Source: Spirulina sp.
GTDB taxonomy: Bacteria; Cyanobacteriota; Cyanobacteriia; Phormidesmidales; Phormidesmidaceae
NCBI GenBank assembly: GCA_044070495.1
Contig: JBIPSI010000025.1
Coordinates: 1-64,000, forward strand
DNA: 64,000 bases
Direction of reading: 5' to 3'
Shown: positions 29,719 through 40,000 of the stretch, one piece after another
How the letters are laid out: each line of letters begins with the position of its first letter
Position numbering within the stretch: position 1 is the stretch's first letter
Notes under the pieces: model-generated
Database searches by the model: none
Seen by the model: only the letters and a program-made list of their open reading frames with translations
Told to the model about the DNA's origin: nothing
Translations under genes and position numbers: made by a program

Positions 29719-31509
29719 TCACTCTGGGTTGGATAGGAGGGCTGTCACGTCGTCGCGATCACCGCATCCCAGGGCTTCCATCGCCCCATGGGTGGAGAGG
29801 AAAACGTGATCCTGTCCGAGATGTTTGACAAAGCCAATCTTCTCCAACCCATCCATCACCGGGCCTTTTACTTCCGCAAGATGCAGTTGAACGCCCATGC
29901 TCTTTAATTGATCGATGAGGCGCTCTAGGGTTTCTAGGGCACTGCCGTCAATAAAGTTGATGCCGCTGCACGTCAGCACCAAATGCTCAACCTCTGGATT
30001 TTGGGCCACGGCGGACAGCAGGTAGTCTTCCAAGGCCCGCATACTGGCAAAGTAGAGGCTTTCGTCTACCCGCACCGTCAGCACATGGGGGCAGGTCAAC
30101 ACCGGATGGCGCTGGACATTGCGGAAGTGTTCGGTTCCGGCAATGCGCCCCACAATGGCCATGTGGGGACGGCTGGTGCGCCAGAGGTAGAGCAGGATGG
30201 AGGCGGCGACCCCGGCCAAAATCCCTGCGACCACCTCCACCGACAAAACGGTGATGAAGGTAACCAAAAAGGCGATGGCGTCGGCTTTGTTGTAGCGCCA
30301 GAGTTTAGCAAACCCAGGCCAGTCTAGGAAGTTGGAAACGGCCACGATAATCATGGCGGCTAGGCAAGCCTGGGGCAAAAAGTAGAACAGGGGGGTGAGA
30401 AACAGCACCGTCAGCGCCATCAGCGTCCCCGTAATCATCAGCGCTAAACAGGTGTTGGCCCCCGCCGTAAAGTTCACTGCCGAGCGGCTCACGCCTCCGG
30501 TGACGGGATAGGCTCCGGTGAAGGCGGCCCCCAGGTTGGCGGCACCGAGGGCAATCAGTTCTTGGTTGGCATCCACCGACTGCCGCCGCCGACTGCCTAG
30601 GGCTTGGGCCACCGCAAAGGCTTCGGTAAAGCCCACAAAGGCAATGGTTAGCACCACGGGCAAAACCTCTTGCAAGCTGACCAGGGAAAGGTTGGGCATC
30701 TGGAGGGTGGGCAACCCCGCCGGAATCTCGCCGACCACTTTGATGCCTGCGGTTTGATCCAGGCGCAGACTCCAGGTCAGCAGGGTGCCGATGGCAATGG
30801 CCACCAGGGGCGCACTTTTGGCAATGGGCACCACCGCCGCCGGACTTAGCCCCCGCCGCTGCAACCACGGAGCCAGAATTTTTTGGAACCCCAGGATGAT
30901 GACCCCGCTCCCCAAGCCCAACGCCAGGGCCACCGGATTCAGTTGGGGCACCCCCCGCACCAGTTCGGCCAGCAGCGGGAAGAAATGCTCTCCACTGGCC
31001 ACCTGAATCCCCAAAATATGCTTAACCTGGCTGAAGCCAATCACCAAGGCCGCCGCATTGATGAACCCAGCAGTGACGGCATGGCTGAGAAAATTGGTAA
31101 TAAACCCCAGCCGCAGCAACCCCAACACAATTTCCACAATGCCCACCCCCAGGGCCAACACCGCCGCCAAGGCTAGGTAATTGGGGTCATCGGGGGTGCT
31201 GAGGCTGGTGAGTCCGGCGGCGACCAAGAGGGACCCGACTGCCTCTGGCCCCACCGCCAAAAAGCGACTGGTGCCAAACAGGGGATAAATTAACAGGGGC
31301 AAAATGCTGGCGTATAGCCCCGCTTGGGGAGGCAGGCCCGCCAGTTGGGCGTAGGCTATGCTCTGGGGCACCAGAACGCTGGCGACGATAATCCCCGCCG
31401 TAATGTCTCCGGCCAAGTCAGCCGATTTGTAATTCAGGCCCCAGTCTAGAATCGGCAAGTAACGACTGAACCGGGATAACCAAGAACGATCCAGGGACGA
31501 GGATGACAT
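29719..31509 (-). CDS. SulP family anion transporter with STAS domain
   Basis: GDITAG..VPQSIAYAQLAGLPP, NQELIALG, C-terminal STAS. Confidence 0.93.
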   Translation of the reverse strand: MSSSSLDRSWLSRFSRYLPILDWGLNYKSADLAGDITAGIIVASVLVPQSIAYAQLAGLPPQAGLYASILPLLIYPLFGTSRFLAVGPEAVGSLLVAAGLTSLSTPDDPNYLALAAVLALGVGIVEIVLGLLRLGFITNFLSHAVTAGFINAAALVIGFSQVKHILGIQVASGEHFFPLLAELVRGVPQLNPVALALGLGSGVIILGFQKILAPWLQRRGLSPAAVVPIAKSAPLVAIAIGTLLTWSLRLDQTAGIKVVGEIPAGLPTLQMPNLSLVSLQEVLPVVLTIAFVGFTEAFAVAQALGSRRRQSVDANQELIALGAANLGAAFTGAYPVTGGVSRSAVNFTAGANTCLALMITGTLMALTVLFLTPLFYFLPQACLAAMIIVAVSNFLDWPGFAKLWRYNKADAIAFLVTFITVLSVEVVAGILAGVAASILLYLWRTSRPHMAIVGRIAGTEHFRNVQRHPVLTCPHVLTVRVDESLYFASMRALEDYLLSAVAQNPEVEHLVLTCSGINFIDGSALETLERLIDQLKSMGVQLHLAEVKGPVMDGLEKIGFVKHLGQDHVFLSTHGAMEALGCGDRDDVTALLSNPE

Positions 31510-31786
31510 AGGAAATCGGCAGATGATAGCGAGAGGACGTTGACCAATCCAGCAGGCGCACCAACACCCCAAAGCCTGACGCTCTAGGCCCAGGAAAGCC
31601 CTTGCACAGATGTAGCTAAGTTTACTTTAGTGCCATATGGGAATATGGTTGCAAGAAATAATCTGCTCCATGGCCACGCCCCAATCCTAAAGGGATCGGT
31701 AGTCATTGGCGGTCATGGGTGGGAACTAACGGTAATTTAAGACAACAATTTAAGACAACGTTGATGATTGACGGTGAGGAGAACCT

Positions 31787-32149
31787 GTGGCAGCAAAACG
31801 ACTGGTGATTGAAATGGGGATGGGGGTAGACCAGCACGGCCAAGACCCCACGGTGGCGGCGGCGCGGGCGGTGCGAAATGCCATTGCCCACAATGCCCTG
31901 CCGGGAGTGTGGGAGGTGGCGGGGCTAAGCCATCCCAACGAGATGCTGGTGGAAGTGCAGGTGGCGGTTCCCTTCCCTGACCAGGTACGGCAGGAGGAGG
32001 TGCTGGCGGTGCTGCCCTTTGGCCAGAAAACGCTGATCCTGAAAGAGGGCGGCATGGTGGTGGCGGGGCGGGCCATCCCCGAATTGGACGACAAAAACGA
32101 CGATATGTACGTGGCCATCGCCGCCGTCACGGTGTCGATTCCGGCCTAG
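31787..32149 (+). CDS. Lin0512 family protein
   Basis: IEMGMGVDQHGQDPTVAAARAVRNAI. Confidence 0.88.
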   Translation: MAAKRLVIEMGMGVDQHGQDPTVAAARAVRNAIAHNALPGVWEVAGLSHPNEMLVEVQVAVPFPDQVRQEEVLAVLPFGQKTLILKEGGMVVAGRAIPELDDKNDDMYVAIAAVTVSIPA

Positions 32150-32241
32150 GGCATCGGCGGCGCAGAATGGTTTAATGGTAGGGATTCCTGGGGATGCCAC
32201 GGCCATCCGTGGCCCCACGCCAGCCGTTAGGAGAACCCGTT

Positions 32242-32814
32242 TTGTACCAATGTCCCAAAGAGGGGAACGTGCCCCTGCAAGACAGTGAGTTGGCCCCAGG
32301 TCTGATGGCCAAGGCTTGCCCCAGTTGTGGCGGGTCTTGGATTCCGCCGGAGATCTACGAGGAGTGGCAGAAGCCCCAAATCGACCCCGATGCGCCCACC
32401 CAGGTGGCGGTGCTGCCGCTGTCTTTGGATGTGCCCTTTCAGCCAGCGGGGCTAGATAACCGAGCCGCCCTTTGCCCCGACTGCCGCAGCTACCTGGTGC
32501 GGGGGCGCGTCAGCCTCAAACACACCGCCTTTTATGTGGAGCGCTGCCCCAACTGCAAAGGCATTTGGTGCGATGCCGGAGAGTGGGACATTCTGCAAAA
32601 GCTGAGCTTGGATACCCACATTGGCTATCTGTTTTCCGCCGAGTGGCAGTCCCAGGTGCGGGAACAGGAAAACATTGCGCGGGAACAGCAGGCCATCCGC
32701 GACAAACTGGGGCCAGACATTGCTGAGCGCATCTTTGCCCTAGCGGAACTGCTAGAAGACCACCCCAACGGCGACTTCGGCGTGGCCTACCTAATGCGCC
32801 GCTTCGATCAATAA
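32242..32814 (+). CDS. zinc-ribbon (zf-TFIIB-like) protein
   Basis: CPSCGGSW, CPDC, CPNCKGIWCDAGEW; TTG start with AGGAG RBS. Confidence 0.8.
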   Translation: MYQCPKEGNVPLQDSELAPGLMAKACPSCGGSWIPPEIYEEWQKPQIDPDAPTQVAVLPLSLDVPFQPAGLDNRAALCPDCRSYLVRGRVSLKHTAFYVERCPNCKGIWCDAGEWDILQKLSLDTHIGYLFSAEWQSQVREQENIAREQQAIRDKLGPDIAERIFALAELLEDHPNGDFGVAYLMRRFDQ

Positions 32815-32815
32815 C

Positions 32816-32880
32816 CCCATCCCTCCTTCACCCTTCACCCCTTCACCCTTCACTCCTTCACCCCCTCCCACCCCTTTCAT
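32816..32880. repeat. degenerate 7/8-mer tandem repeat (CACCC(C)TT)
   Basis: direct inspection. Confidence 0.8.
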
Positions 32881-32900
32881 CGCCGCCCCTAAATCCCCCC

Positions 32901-34538
32901 ATGGCTGAAACCCTGCTCGAACTGGATAACTTCTCCGTCACCTACCCAGGCCAGCGTGATCCAGCGGTGGATGATATGTATTTGACCCTGGCGGCAGGAG
33001 AAAAGCTGGGCCTGGTGGGGGAGTCGGGTTGCGGCAAAAGCACCCTAGGGCGGGCCATACTGCGGCTGTTGCCTAGGGCGACGGATTTGCGGGGGCGGGT
33101 GTGGTTTAAGGGCGAATCGGTGCTGGATTTTACCCCTCGGCGGCTGCGGGAATTTCGGGGCGAAGCCGTGGCTTTGGTGTTCCAAGACCCGATGACGCGG
33201 CTGAACCCGCTGATGACCATCGGCGATCACTGCATTGAAACCCTGAGGGCGCATCGACCGGAGATTTCGGCGGCGGCGGCGAAGGATCGGGCCATGGAAG
33301 TGCTGGAAAAGGTGAACATTACCGCCAGTCGGTTTGGCCAATATCCCCACGAATTTAGCGGCGGGATGCGGCAGCGGGTGGCCATTGCCCTGGCGATGAT
33401 CCTAGAGCCAGATCTGATCGTGGCGGACGAACCGACGACGAGTTTGGATGTGACGGTTTCCGCTCAAATTTTGGAGGAACTCACCTGCCTCTGCGATGAC
33501 CTGGGTACGGCGCTGATTTTGATTTCCCACGATTTGGCCCTGGTGGCGGAATACTGCGACCGAGTGGCGGTGATGTATCGGGGCGAGAAGGTGGAGGAGG
33601 GCAAGGCGCTGGAGGTGTTTCAGCATCCTCAACATAAGTACACCCAATCCCTGGTAGACAGTGCCCGCCAGCTTCAGCAGGCCGAGGGGTTTGTCTACAC
33701 GCCCCCCGACCCCGCCTCGGAACCCGCCCCCCTGCTGCGCCTCGTCGATGTGCAAAAGCACTACACCCTAGAGGCCAATCCCATCGCCCGTCTGCTGGGT
33801 AAGGAACAGCCCAAGGCGATCAAGGCGGTGGACGGGGTTTCCTTGGACATTTACCCCGGCGAGATTTTGGGCCTGGTGGGGGAATCGGGCTGTGGCAAAA
33901 GCACCCTGTCGCGCACGATTTTGCAGCTCATCAAACCCACCGCTGGCCAGGTGATCTTTGACGGCACCGACCTCACTACCCTCTCGCCCCAGGCATTGCG
34001 GCGACAGCGGCGGCAGTTGCAAATGGTGTTCCAAGATCCCCACGCCTGCCTGAACCCGATGATGACCGTGGGCCAAAGCATTGCCGATCCGCTGATTATC
34101 CACGGCCTCGCCAGCCCCGACCAGGCCGAAGTTCAGGTGCGCGAAATGCTGGCCCGTGTCAGCCTCATCCCCGTGGATGACTACCTTCACCGCTTCCCAG
34201 GAGATCTCTCCGGTGGTCAACAACAACGGGTGGCCATTGCCCGCGCCCTGATTACCAAGCCCCAACTGGTAATCTGCGATGAACCCGTGAGTATGCTAGA
34301 CGCCACGGTGCAAACCCAGGTGCTGGATCTGATGCTGGCCCTGAAGCAGGATTTCAACCTGACTTACCTGTTTATCACCCACGATCTTTGGGTGGCGCGG
34401 TTTATGTGCGACCGCATCGCCGTCATGCAGGGGGGCAGCATTGTGGAGTTGGCCCCCACCCAGGAACTCTTTGCCCATCCCCAGCATCCCTATACCCAAA
34501 CCCTGCTCCAGGCCGCCCCAATGCTAGCCAGCGCTTAG
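32901..34538 (+). CDS. peptide/nickel ABC transporter ATP-binding protein with two NBDs
   Basis: two GESGCGKST Walker A motifs, FSGGMRQR and LSGGQQQR, HPYT. Confidence 0.93.
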   Translation: MAETLLELDNFSVTYPGQRDPAVDDMYLTLAAGEKLGLVGESGCGKSTLGRAILRLLPRATDLRGRVWFKGESVLDFTPRRLREFRGEAVALVFQDPMTRLNPLMTIGDHCIETLRAHRPEISAAAAKDRAMEVLEKVNITASRFGQYPHEFSGGMRQRVAIALAMILEPDLIVADEPTTSLDVTVSAQILEELTCLCDDLGTALILISHDLALVAEYCDRVAVMYRGEKVEEGKALEVFQHPQHKYTQSLVDSARQLQQAEGFVYTPPDPASEPAPLLRLVDVQKHYTLEANPIARLLGKEQPKAIKAVDGVSLDIYPGEILGLVGESGCGKSTLSRTILQLIKPTAGQVIFDGTDLTTLSPQALRRQRRQLQMVFQDPHACLNPMMTVGQSIADPLIIHGLASPDQAEVQVREMLARVSLIPVDDYLHRFPGDLSGGQQQRVAIARALITKPQLVICDEPVSMLDATVQTQVLDLMLALKQDFNLTYLFITHDLWVARFMCDRIAVMQGGSIVELAPTQELFAHPQHPYTQTLLQAAPMLASA

Positions 34539-34759
34539 CCGCCCATAATCCGCCAATAGGCGCACCTAGAGTAGACAGCGGTTTACAGGGGTTTACAATG
34601 GGAAAAGCAAGGGTACTAGACTGGGTGCATTTGCCCAACAAGGTGCCAGATTGAAGATTCGTCCCAGTCAGCTTTTCAGCCCTAGATTTCCATCATCCCA
34701 TTTAGGATCGGATTGAGGATCAGAACCAGAAGCCAAGGCGAGGACAGCGCATTGAACAG

Positions 34760-37018
34760 TTGCGATCCCGGTGTCCCGTGGTAAATCGACCTTTACTTCC
34801 TCTGATACTGGGGAGCATGGGGTTAATCCTAGGCTGGGGCCAAGGGGCTGGCCTAGGGCAAGATGGCCCCAGGGAGGACGTGCTACGGGTTGGTATCTAT
34901 GACAACCCGCCCAAGGTGTTTTGGGATGCGGAAACGGGCCAACCCAGAGGCTTTTTCCCTGAAATTTTAGATGCCATTGCCGAGGAAGAAGCCTGGGACA
35001 TCACCTACGTGCCCTGCCAGTGGGCCGACTGTTTGGCCGACCTAGAGGCGGGTCGCCTGGATTTGATGATGGATGTGGCCTATTCCCAGGAGCGGGAGGC
35101 CCGGTTTGACTTTAACCGAGTGGTGGTGGTGCCCAGTTGGTCGGTGGTGGTGGCAAGACGCGGGGTGAAGCTCGATTCGGTGCTGGATTTGGACGGCAAA
35201 CGGTTGGGGGTCTTAAAGGACAGCATCCAGGCCAATGCCCTAGCTAGCACCAGCCAAGGGTTTGACATCCGTCCCGACCTTGTTCTGGCCAATACCATCG
35301 ATGATTTGGCCCGTCTATTGGAGGCAGGAGAGGTGGATGGGGTGCTGGTTCACCGATTTTTTCCGTTCCAGGAACGCCTGCCCCAAGGGGTGCAGACCAA
35401 TATCTTGATCCAGCCCACCCAACTGCACTTTGTCTCGCCCAAGGGTCGCCATCAGGAGATCCTTGCGGCCTTAGATCGCCAGTTGACGTTGCTGAAAAAT
35501 AACCCGGATTCGGTGTACTACGAACTCAGCCAGCACTGGCTGTTGGGGCTGGAGGTCTACAAAACCAACTGGCCGCTGCTGCGTCGCATCATGGCCGGGA
35601 TTGCCCTAGGGGTAGCGGCTGTGGGAACTGGGCTATTAGTGATCTGGAACCGTAGCCTGCGCCGGGAAATGGATCAACGCTTGGCGGTACAGGCCCAACT
35701 CAACCATGAATTGCTCCACGATAGTCTCACAGGACTGCCCAACCGTAAGTATATGATGGCCCATCTGGAGGACTGTCTAGGCCAGGTGTCGCGTTCCGAA
35801 TTGGCTGGGTTTATCGTTCTGTTCCTCGATCTGGATCGGTTTAAGGTGGTAAACGACAGTCTGGGGCACCTACTGGGCGATCAACTGCTGCTGGAAATGG
35901 CTGAGCGCCTGCGCCAAACCACCTACTGGGTGGCTCGTTTGGGGGGCGATGAGTTTGTCATGGTGCTCGAACACACCGACGATGTGCAGCGGGCCATCCC
36001 CATTGCCGAACAAATTCTCACCATTCTGGGGGTGCCCTGCCACCTGGAGGGCCACGATATCACGGTGGGGGCGAGTATCGGCATGGTGCGGGCCTCCAGG
36101 GTCTACCAAGCCCCCATGGAACTGATCCGCGATGCCGACATTGCCATGTATAGCGCCAAGGCCAAGGGCCGCAACCGCTACGCCATTTTTGAGCCGGATA
36201 TGCACCTGGCCGCCGCCCAACAGCTCACCCTAGAAACCGACCTACGCCATGCCCTGGCCCAGCAGCAGTTTGTGCTCTACTACCAGCCGATTGTGGATTT
36301 GCGATCCGGGCGAATGATGGGCCTAGAAGCCTTGGTTCGTTGGCAGCACCCCACCCTGGGGTTGCTACCGCCCGGACGGTTCATTCCCCTCGCTGAGGAT
36401 ACGGGATTGATTGTGCCCCTGGGCTGGTGGGTCTTGGATACCGCCTGCGCCCAACTGGCCCAATGGCGACGGCAGCAGCCCTACCTCGGCCACCTGACGG
36501 TGAGCGTGAATGTGTCGGCCTCCCAACTGCGGGAACCCCATTGGCTGGATCGGGTCAACCAGGCGTTGCACCACACGGGGCTGGAGGGTTCCAGCCTGAT
36601 TTTAGAAATCACCGAAACCCTGCTGCTGCAAAATATGAACCTCACGGCGAGCCTGATGCAGCAGTTGCAGCATGGGGCAGTGGGCATCAGCATTGACGAC
36701 TTTGGGACGGGCTACTCCTCCTTCAGCTATCTGCACCAGTTGCCCATCACCTCCTTCAAGATTGATCGGCTGTTTATTACCGACCTCACCACCCAGCAAA
36801 AAAATCAGGACATTGTGAAAACCATGCTGGTGCTGGCCCGCCAAATGGGGGTTAGCGTCACCGCCGAGGGCATTGAAACCCAGGCCCAGATGGATCTACT
36901 CCGGCTCATGGGCTGCAACCTCGGCCAGGGCTACGGGTTTGATCCGCCCCTGCCCGCCGACCAAATGTTCCAGCGCCTTCAGGCCCCGGTCTACGCCCTA
37001 GCGTCTGTGAACCCCTAG
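34760..37018 (+). CDS. periplasmic substrate-binding domain + TM + GGDEF + EAL protein; start uncertain
   Basis: SBP family 3-like N-terminus, RLGGDEF, EALVRW, IDDFGTGYSS. Confidence 0.92.
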   Translation: MRSRCPVVNRPLLPLILGSMGLILGWGQGAGLGQDGPREDVLRVGIYDNPPKVFWDAETGQPRGFFPEILDAIAEEEAWDITYVPCQWADCLADLEAGRLDLMMDVAYSQEREARFDFNRVVVVPSWSVVVARRGVKLDSVLDLDGKRLGVLKDSIQANALASTSQGFDIRPDLVLANTIDDLARLLEAGEVDGVLVHRFFPFQERLPQGVQTNILIQPTQLHFVSPKGRHQEILAALDRQLTLLKNNPDSVYYELSQHWLLGLEVYKTNWPLLRRIMAGIALGVAAVGTGLLVIWNRSLRREMDQRLAVQAQLNHELLHDSLTGLPNRKYMMAHLEDCLGQVSRSELAGFIVLFLDLDRFKVVNDSLGHLLGDQLLLEMAERLRQTTYWVARLGGDEFVMVLEHTDDVQRAIPIAEQILTILGVPCHLEGHDITVGASIGMVRASRVYQAPMELIRDADIAMYSAKAKGRNRYAIFEPDMHLAAAQQLTLETDLRHALAQQQFVLYYQPIVDLRSGRMMGLEALVRWQHPTLGLLPPGRFIPLAEDTGLIVPLGWWVLDTACAQLAQWRRQQPYLGHLTVSVNVSASQLREPHWLDRVNQALHHTGLEGSSLILEITETLLLQNMNLTASLMQQLQHGAVGISIDDFGTGYSSFSYLHQLPITSFKIDRLFITDLTTQQKNQDIVKTMLVLARQMGVSVTAEGIETQAQMDLLRLMGCNLGQGYGFDPPLPADQMFQRLQAPVYALASVNP

Positions 37019-37046
37019 TATCCTGGAGTCCGTGAAACCTTCGCGC

Positions 37047-40000
37047 CTAGCTCTCCTTCAGGCTAATCATGGTTTCGCCCTTCAACATCCGCTGGGCCGC
37101 ATCCAGGAGCATTTCCTCCAGGTAGGGCTTGGTGAAGTAACCCTTCGCCCCCAGTTCAACGGCCATTTGACGGTGGCGGTCGGCCCCCCGTGAGGTGAGC
37201 ATGGCGATGGGAATTTGGCTGAGGATTTCATCCTTTTGCAGCCGAGACAGCAGCTCTAGGCCATCCATGCGGGGCATTTCGATGTCGCAGAAGACCAGGT
37301 CGCAGGGGAGACCCGAACGCAGTTTGTCCCAGGCTTCCTGGCCGTCGCGGGCCTGTTCTACTCGGTAGCCCACCTTGTTGAAGCTCATGGACAGCAGTTC
37401 GCGGACGGTGATGGAATCGTCTACGATCAGCACGGTGGGTTCGGTATGAACCGTGGTATCTTCGGGCTCCTCGATCTCCGGCTGGTTCCACAGCGAGGTG
37501 GGGGCTTCGCGCCGCACCCGTCCGGTGGCCATGTCGATCAGCTCTAACACATCGGCAATGGGCATGACGCGGCCATCCCCCAGCACCGTGGCCCCCGCGA
37601 TGCCCGTGGGCTTGGGCACCGGGCCTTCGAGCTGTTTAATCACGATTTCCTGCTCGCCAATCACCTGATCCACCTGGAGTCCGATGAAGGAGTTGGCGCT
37701 GCGGAGTACCACAATGGACATCATATCCTCATCGTGGGATCCACCATAGACGCGGCCTCGCCCCAGGATGCGGTTAAACTTCAGCAGGTCGCCCAGGGGC
37801 CGCAGGGGCAGCAGGGTATCCCGCCAGAGGATGCTGGTATGGCCCTGATCATCGGTCTGCACCCGTGCCTTGGGCACATCAAACATATCCTCAACCCCAT
37901 CAATGGGGAAGGCAATGCGAGCCTGGTTGTTAATACAGCTCAAGGCCTTGGTAATACTGAGGGTGAGCGGCAGGCGAATGGTGAAACTGGTGCCCTTGCC
38001 CACCTCCGACTCGATGGTGATGGATCCCCGAATATCCGCTAGGGCGGTACGCACCACGTCCATACCTACCCCGCGACCGGAGAAATCGTCGGCCTGGTCG
38101 CGGGTGCTAAAGCCCGGTTCAAACAGCAGATCGTAGACCTCGATGTCGCTCATGGTCTGGGCTTCGGCGGCGGTAATCAACCCCTTCGTCAGGGCCTTGG
38201 CCTTAACGATGGCCGGATTGATGCCACCGCCATTGTCGGCAATGTAGATCACCGTTTGGTTGCCCTGGTAGAAGGCGCGAACGGTAATCATGCCTTCCCG
38301 CACCTTGCCTGCGGCCAACCGTTCCTCCGGGGTTTCAATGCCGTGGGTGATGGCGTTGTTGACCAGGTGGGTCATGGGATCGTAGAGGCGCTCTAGGATC
38401 ATCTTATCGACTAGGGTGTCGCGCCCCTCCACCACCAGCTTGGCTTCCTTGCCGCATTTGATGGAAATATCGCGTACCGCCCTGGGCAGACGATCCGCCG
38501 TTTGGCCAAAGGGCACCATGCGGGCCTTGTTCAACCCTTCCTGGAGTTGGGTGGTGACTTGGCGGAACTGGCGGGCAATCTGATCCGTTGAGTCCACAGT
38601 CATTTCAATGTCGGAGGAGGCCTCTCGCACCCGCACAATCAGCTCAATCATTTCCTGGGAGAGGGTGTGGAAGCCCGTAAATCGGTCCATTTCCAGGGCA
38701 TCGAAGGTGGCCCCGGTGGCGTGGCTACCGCTGTCGTTGCCGCCGCCCCTACCCCCAGATCCGCCCAGGGCAAAGGCTTGGCGGTTGGCCATCAGGGAAC
38801 TTTCCAGCAGGGATCGCTCGTACAGATCGCGCATCCGCTGCCCCACATCGTTGAGCTGCTGCACCTGGTTAAGCAGGTTATCGAGGGACTGCCGCAGTTG
38901 CTCCTGATCCTGTTCGAGGGAGTTGCGGTTAACCACCAGTTCCCCCATCAGGTTGTTGAGGTTGTCTAGGTGGCTGACAGAAACCCGCATGGTCTGATCG
39001 GTCACCGCTGCCGCCCGCCGAGGGGCACGACCGCTGGCCACCCCCGCCCCCCGACGGCCTACCACCGAGGGAGCCGATCCCCCTAGCTGGTCTGCGCCCT
39101 CCAGGAGCTTTTCTAGGTCGTCAAAACTATCCTCATCGGCGATAGCCGGAGCTGGGGAGCGAGGGGGGGCAGAAACCGGGGGGGCGGGCGGTGGGCCGTC
39201 ATCCTCCAAAAGCGCCTCTAGATCGCTAAAGTCGTCCAGGTCGAGGGCATCGGTGGCGACGGAACCATTGCTAGCGGATCCATTGCTAGCGGATCCATTC
39301 GCGATAGCCCCTGGGGCCGGGGGCATATCCATCACTAAATCGTCTAGCTCCGTCAGCCAATTATCTTCCGGTTCCTCCTGGGCTGGTGCTGGGGAGGGTG
39401 GAGGCTCGGCAGCGGATGCCTCTAGGTCACTGGCAACATCTGCCCCAAAATCTGCCCCAAAATCTGTTCCTAAATCGACCTCTGAGGCCAGATCGGTTTC
39501 CTCGGTGAGTAGATCTAGACTATCTAGGTCAATGCCGCCGAAGGGATCGGTGATGGCTTCTCCCTCGGCTTCTCCAGAAACAGCGTCCGCCGGGGGGAAC
39601 GTATCCGCATCGAGGGTGAAATCCAGATCTAGGCTCAGGTCATCGTTGGAGGAGAGGTCAGCGGGGGCGAGGTCACCCTCGAAATCGAGATCAGCGTCCG
39701 GATCATGGCCTAGATCAAAGTCCAGTCCAAGGTCGTCCGTCAGGGTTGCTTCGCCAAACCCGATGCCGAGATCGTTGGAGGTGGGCTGGGGATCCGCATC
39801 ACCAAAGGCCAACTCTAGATCGTCGGCAAGGGCAAAGGGATCGGTTTCGGCTGCGGTAACGTCCTGGGTCAGGGATTGGGTGAGATCGGTGGTATCGGGA
39901 TCAACATCACCCGTGAGGTCTTGATCGAGTTGGTCAAAGAGTAGATCCAGCTCACTCTCCACGGGGGCGGCAGCGCGGGGCACATCCACCGGAGTAGCCG

